Shown one piece after another: positions 60,192-64,000 of a DNA stretch of 64,000 nucleotides. A program made the translations under genes and the position numbers. The notes beneath the pieces are model-generated. The model did not search any database and had not been told where the DNA came from. It saw nothing but the letters and a program-made list of their open reading frames with translations. The stretch's first letter is position 1. Each line of letters begins with the position of its first letter. Source of the DNA: a virus (taxonomy: Duplodnaviria > Caudoviricetes); IMG/VR virus record IMGVR_UViG_3300013713_000001, positions 128,001 through 192,000 of that record; one strand, written 5' to 3'.

Positions 60192-61298
60192 ATGAGAACC
60201 TTATCGTTTCCTGTATCCCACGCTATCTACCCACTACTCCGCTTTCCTGAAATAGGAAACATGCGTCGTCAAACCGACTTCAATCGGGACGCCTTTCTCA
60301 AGTGGACCGCCAATCAACCGTTTAACGTTGAGAACGATCACATCCTGGTAGGGCTCCTTCACCAGCTCAGTATCGACAAAGACTGGGACTTGAAGTACGT
60401 GGTCGAGTACACACGGCTACGCGCATACTCATTATGCACTCAGTTCAAGATTACCTCCATCAACCGAGTGGGTCAGGCCATCAGTGACGGGTTCTACCGA
60501 GATAATACCCGAGAGCACTGGTGCCTTATCGAAAACACCAAGGACTACGTCGAAAGCGACTTGAACTTGGACAAGCTAAGACCACTGGTTCCCTTGTGCT
60601 CCACGATCACCAAACACGGCTACCTGCACAACGTCTCCAAGCCGGTCAACTACATCCGGTCCTCGATTGGCGACCTGGCAGTGATTGGTGTAGATCTCGT
60701 AGAGTTGGCAGTAGGATGGTGGGCTTATCAAAAACTTAATCGTGAACGCGACACAGGCCCTGGAGCGTACGTTGCTCAGTACCCCATGGTACATGCCCAA
60801 TTGATGCATAATCAGCTGAGCATCATTAACGTGTTGTATGAGCACGTTATTAATGGTGTCCCCTGTGAAGAATTAGTGGAAACTGAAAACGTAGTGTTTA
60901 CGACCGCTAACGACCGTCGTTTCTACGTGGAGCTTGTTCAGCACCTGGTCTCCTTTTATGGGAACCGTCGGCTGGTTAACTTCGAACACTTCCTAAAGGC
61001 CATTGTCAGCATTTACTCGGAACCCTACTTCAACTACGTCAGGGCAGGAAACAACGCGGTCTTTGTTCAGACCATGTGGGCGTGGGAACCGGCTATCCTG
61101 AAACTCCTGGCGATCTACCTGACCTTTTGCAACAAAGGTGGTTATAAGGCAGGGGATGTCAACACCATGATTGCCTTGACTCACCGCCAGCGCGTACAGA
61201 ACATTGGTCGGGTTCCTGAAGCCTACTTCAAGGGTTGGTTCTTTGAATTGGCTGAATTGGTCTTTGAACTGAACAAAGAAAACCTTGGCAAAAAATAA
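60192..61298 (+). CDS. Conserved protein, probably virion-associated (phiKZ gp52-like)
   Basis: 368 aa, divergent from chimallin; VENDHILVGLL and AVIGVDLVEL motifs; synteny. Confidence 0.55.
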   Translation: MRTLSFPVSHAIYPLLRFPEIGNMRRQTDFNRDAFLKWTANQPFNVENDHILVGLLHQLSIDKDWDLKYVVEYTRLRAYSLCTQFKITSINRVGQAISDGFYRDNTREHWCLIENTKDYVESDLNLDKLRPLVPLCSTITKHGYLHNVSKPVNYIRSSIGDLAVIGVDLVELAVGWWAYQKLNRERDTGPGAYVAQYPMVHAQLMHNQLSIINVLYEHVINGVPCEELVETENVVFTTANDRRFYVELVQHLVSFYGNRRLVNFEHFLKAIVSIYSEPYFNYVRAGNNAVFVQTMWAWEPAILKLLAIYLTFCNKGGYKAGDVNTMIALTHRQRVQNIGRVPEAYFKGWFFELAELVFELNKENLGKK

Positions 61299-61310
61299 AG
61301 TGCATAAATA

Positions 61311-61338
61311 GGGAGAGTGGGCGCGAGCCCACTCTCCT
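61311..61338. terminator. Bidirectional terminator hairpin
   Basis: GGAGAGTGGGC-GCGA-GCCCACTCTCC between convergent genes. Confidence 0.8.
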
Positions 61339-61343
61339 GTAAG

Positions 61344-61691
61344 TTAGTTAAAGGTTTCTTCTAGCCACGCCCATTTCTCTTTCATGGCGTCTCGCAACGC
61401 CTTGGCTTCCAAGAGAAGTGCTTCCCGTTGGTTCAGATTGACTTGGACCGCCACTTTTGCGCGGTTCCGTTCCTCTGAGCCAAGGTAAGCCAAGCCCATC
61501 GACATAGCGGTTTCATGATCGGCCCGGGTGAGTTCTTCAAACAACCGGCTGAGGTTATCCACCTCTTCGATGATTTCACCATGCCGCACCTTAAGATCCT
61601 TACCGTCCATTGCAATCTGTTCGATAAAGTGGGAACGAACGTCAGGACGAATAAAAGCAACTTTAGCCATAACAACCTCCAAGGGTAACAA
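61344..61691 (-). CDS. Small early coiled-coil protein
   Basis: Probable start MAKVAF (GGAGG RBS); early promoter upstream. Confidence 0.65.
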   Translation of the reverse strand: MLPLEVVMAKVAFIRPDVRSHFIEQIAMDGKDLKVRHGEIIEEVDNLSRLFEELTRADHETAMSMGLAYLGSEERNRAKVAVQVNLNQREALLLEAKALRDAMKEKWAWLEETFN

Positions 61692-61713
61692 GATAGTGAG
61701 TCTTAGCTACCCT

Positions 61714-61732
61714 GGTGATATAGGTCTAAAAA
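61714..61732 (-). promoter_or_regulatory. Putative early promoter
   Basis: Minus strand TTTTTAGACCTATATCACC. Confidence 0.6.
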
Positions 61733-61735
61733 GGA

Positions 61736-62083
61736 TTACAGATCAACGAGGGCTGCTTCGATGAAGTCCGCGGACACCGCAACCTTTACCGAGGTCGCAT
61801 CGGTCTCCTCAAGGAGTTCTTTCAGGCGCATGATGTCATCGATATCCTCGACCCAGTACGACGTCGTCTCACCGTCGAACCAGACTTCCACCCAGACGTG
61901 TTTGAGGATGTTCATCTCCGGCCGAGTACGCAGCTGGATCCAGGGACCGTCAAGGAGGTCTTTGTCTTCTTCAAGACCCACCACAAGCCCCGTAGGGCGG
62001 TGGATGTAGATCGCACCAATACCGTCACGCTGGCAGGCGCCGTTGAACACAGTGACGGTTTCGCGTTTGTTAAACTCACTCAT
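61736..62083 (-). CDS. Small hypothetical protein (paralog of 62076-62411)
   Basis: 115 aa; YIHRPTGL...KHVWVEV. Confidence 0.7.
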   Translation of the reverse strand: MSEFNKRETVTVFNGACQRDGIGAIYIHRPTGLVVGLEEDKDLLDGPWIQLRTRPEMNILKHVWVEVWFDGETTSYWVEDIDDIMRLKELLEETDATSVKVAVSADFIEAALVDL

Positions 62084-62411
62084 TGCCTTTCACCTCAAAT
62101 ATCGACTTGCTCAGTTCTTTGGAAATCATGGTCGAGCCGTTACCCGTGATCTCACTAACCAGTTCCAGTAACTTAGGAATGTCTTCCAATCGTTCGGTGT
62201 GGTAGTTAGCGGGTAGTCCGTTGGTGTAAGCTTCTACCCATGCGTGCTTGGCTACCATCAGTCGAGCCCCGAGAGGGTGACGAGTGAAAACGCTCTCATC
62301 AGCTCCTCCCAGGTCGTCACTGTTGGTAAACTTCAGCCCGGTCGGCACATGAGTGTACACTGTGCAAGGCCCAGAGTCCTGGGTTTCATTGCGGCTGAAT
62401 CCAGTCATCAA
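62076..62411 (-). CDS. Small hypothetical protein (paralog of 61736-62083)
   Basis: 111 aa; YTHVPTGL...KHAWVEA. Confidence 0.7.
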   Translation of the reverse strand: MMTGFSRNETQDSGPCTVYTHVPTGLKFTNSDDLGGADESVFTRHPLGARLMVAKHAWVEAYTNGLPANYHTERLEDIPKLLELVSEITGNGSTMISKELSKSIFEVKGNE

Positions 62412-64000
62412 TGCTCGTCCGATACCAAACGGGTGGTTTTGGAGTTCAGGATAAAGAGCCCGAACGATTCAAGGATAGCATACACCGATTTCAAGTTCTG
62501 TTGGATCACCTGCCGAATGTCTACAAACGGCAAAAACTCTTTCGGGATACCGCCGATCGCTTCAATCATGTCAGTTGGAACATAGAGCGAGGTCAAGCTG
62601 TCACGGTCTTGGAAGAAAGAAGTCGCCATTGCCTTGAAGTTTTCGTCTTCCAGGCTGTCAATGAAAGCAGCCATCTTCTTCTTGCCGTCCAGCTGGAGGT
62701 TGACCTTGTACGCCTTGTAAGGAAGCTGAGGCGGTTCACCGTATTTCGGTGCCAAGAGGTCGCTCCACATTTTGTGGTAGTAGTAGATGCTCGATTCCGG
62801 ACTGGTGTACACCGATTCGTGCTTGATGTTGTCCTTCCGCAACCACAGCCAACCACCACTGCTGATATTGTCGATCAATGCTCGTTCAATGTCAGCCACC
62901 TCTTTCAGCAGGTGCGCTGCAGACAGCTTCTGCTTGTTGTACAGCGTATCCAATGCCTGACGCATGACCTTCTTCGTAAAGTTACGGACCAGCTCCGCAA
63001 TCTTCACGCCTTTCAAGTGAACCCCTTTCATTTCCAACTTAGCTGCATCGTGCATCACCCCTTCACACATCAGCTCAAGCATGAAGTAGTGCTTCGACAT
63101 GTTGGTCGTGAAGTACGAAGTATACAGGAACTCGTTCTTCATGTGGAGACGGTGCTGGAACTTTGTCGCCACGTTCATGTTGATACTAAGCTTAGCGTGC
63201 TGATCCACTGCAATGCAACGGATGAAGTAGGTCAACACACCGTTGAACTTAATCTCGGTGTCTTCATCCTTCGCGAACTTGTCAATGATCATGTCGACAC
63301 TGTAGATCACCGAGTCGGTGTCCGAGGTCATCACACTTTCACGAACAATCTCTTTGACGTCGTAGATCCCAGTCGGCGGAATCCGAGAACGGAAGAATGC
63401 CTTAATGAACTTCGACCATTTGGTTTCCAGACCTACATGGTATTCGTTCAGGTGGTTCATTGCCAGCTTGCTAGGGTTCTTACCGAGCTTGGTCAAGCAG
63501 AGGATCTTGTAGTCTCCGTTGCTTGGCTTAAGGAAATCGTCCTCGTTGGCCCCTTCCGGGATCTCTGGAACCGCACACCACTCGTTAAAGAACTGCGTCA
63601 TGAGTTTTGGGTTCGTGGTGTAGAGACCGCGAATGTCCATTACACACAACAGAATGGTCCGCTCAAGGCCACTCAACAGCGACACAAAGTCGTGGATCTT
63701 TTGCAGCTTGGTCTTGCTGCTGAAGTAGTAGTTAGCGCAACGACGAACCATATCCATCACTTGCTCAACACTGGCGTACTTCATGTTGTTCTCTTTGATC
63801 ACTTCCTCGATAAGGGCGTGGTCAGAGAACTGCAACTGGGCCAGGAAACCTTCAATGGTCTTGTTGTAACTCAACAGCAACCGGTTACCGGTGATCAGAC
63901 GTTCGTTGATCAGGTTGGCGGTCGACGTCAAGGAGCGGCAGATGCTCGTCAGGGTAGTGTGTCCTGAGTGGTTAAACAGCGGAGTACCCGAAGACGACAT
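62408..64000 (-). CDS. Family-B DNA polymerase catalytic subunit, C-terminal part (phiKZ gp50-like; 5' end outside the window)
   Basis: Motif C MTSDTDS, MKNEF, SKHY, EMKGVHLK; HTTLTSICR is a motif-B downstream helix. Confidence 0.88.
   Translation of the reverse strand: MSSSGTPLFNHSGHTTLTSICRSLTSTANLINERLITGNRLLLSYNKTIEGFLAQLQFSDHALIEEVIKENNMKYASVEQVMDMVRRCANYYFSSKTKLQKIHDFVSLLSGLERTILLCVMDIRGLYTTNPKLMTQFFNEWCAVPEIPEGANEDDFLKPSNGDYKILCLTKLGKNPSKLAMNHLNEYHVGLETKWSKFIKAFFRSRIPPTGIYDVKEIVRESVMTSDTDSVIYSVDMIIDKFAKDEDTEIKFNGVLTYFIRCIAVDQHAKLSINMNVATKFQHRLHMKNEFLYTSYFTTNMSKHYFMLELMCEGVMHDAAKLEMKGVHLKGVKIAELVRNFTKKVMRQALDTLYNKQKLSAAHLLKEVADIERALIDNISSGGWLWLRKDNIKHESVYTSPESSIYYYHKMWSDLLAPKYGEPPQLPYKAYKVNLQLDGKKKMAAFIDSLEDENFKAMATSFFQDRDSLTSLYVPTDMIEAIGGIPKEFLPFVDIRQVIQQNLKSVYAILESFGLFILNSKTTRLVSDEH

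Noticed and set aside
62411-63967. 518-aa plus-strand ORF opposite the DNA polymerase
   Set aside because: Antisense shadow; the PolB motifs are on the minus strand

Overview
This window is a core segment of a phiKZ-like, nucleus-forming jumbo myophage (Chimalliviridae-type), with most genes on the minus strand. From left to right it holds: the N-terminus of the major capsid protein (missing from the ORF track); a DnaB-like helicase; a long virion block (baseplate/neck candidates and many inner-head proteins with G-x-E maturation sites); the exonuclease/motif-A half of a split family-B DNA polymerase; a virion RNAP beta' fragment; a free-standing HNH endonuclease; and an SF2 helicase. Next come the non-virion RNAP subunits and the phage-nucleus block (gp70-like, PicA/Imp1-like, sigma-like gp68, ChmC-like, SbcD, beta'-N with NADFDGD, chimallin), then the catalytic half of the polymerase. 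An early-promoter motif (core TATATTAC) and a family of GC-rich terminator hairpins are readable directly. The most notable observations are: (1) a candidate programmed -1 frameshift at a T7 run (32887-32893) joining a 571-aa CxxC protein to a start-less downstream frame; (2) the C-terminus of the gp70-like protein resembles the C-terminus of chimallin; (3) a family of head proteins in which G-x-E cleavage would expose an amphipathic helix. phiKZ orthology labels come from recalled motifs and synteny, not from a database search.
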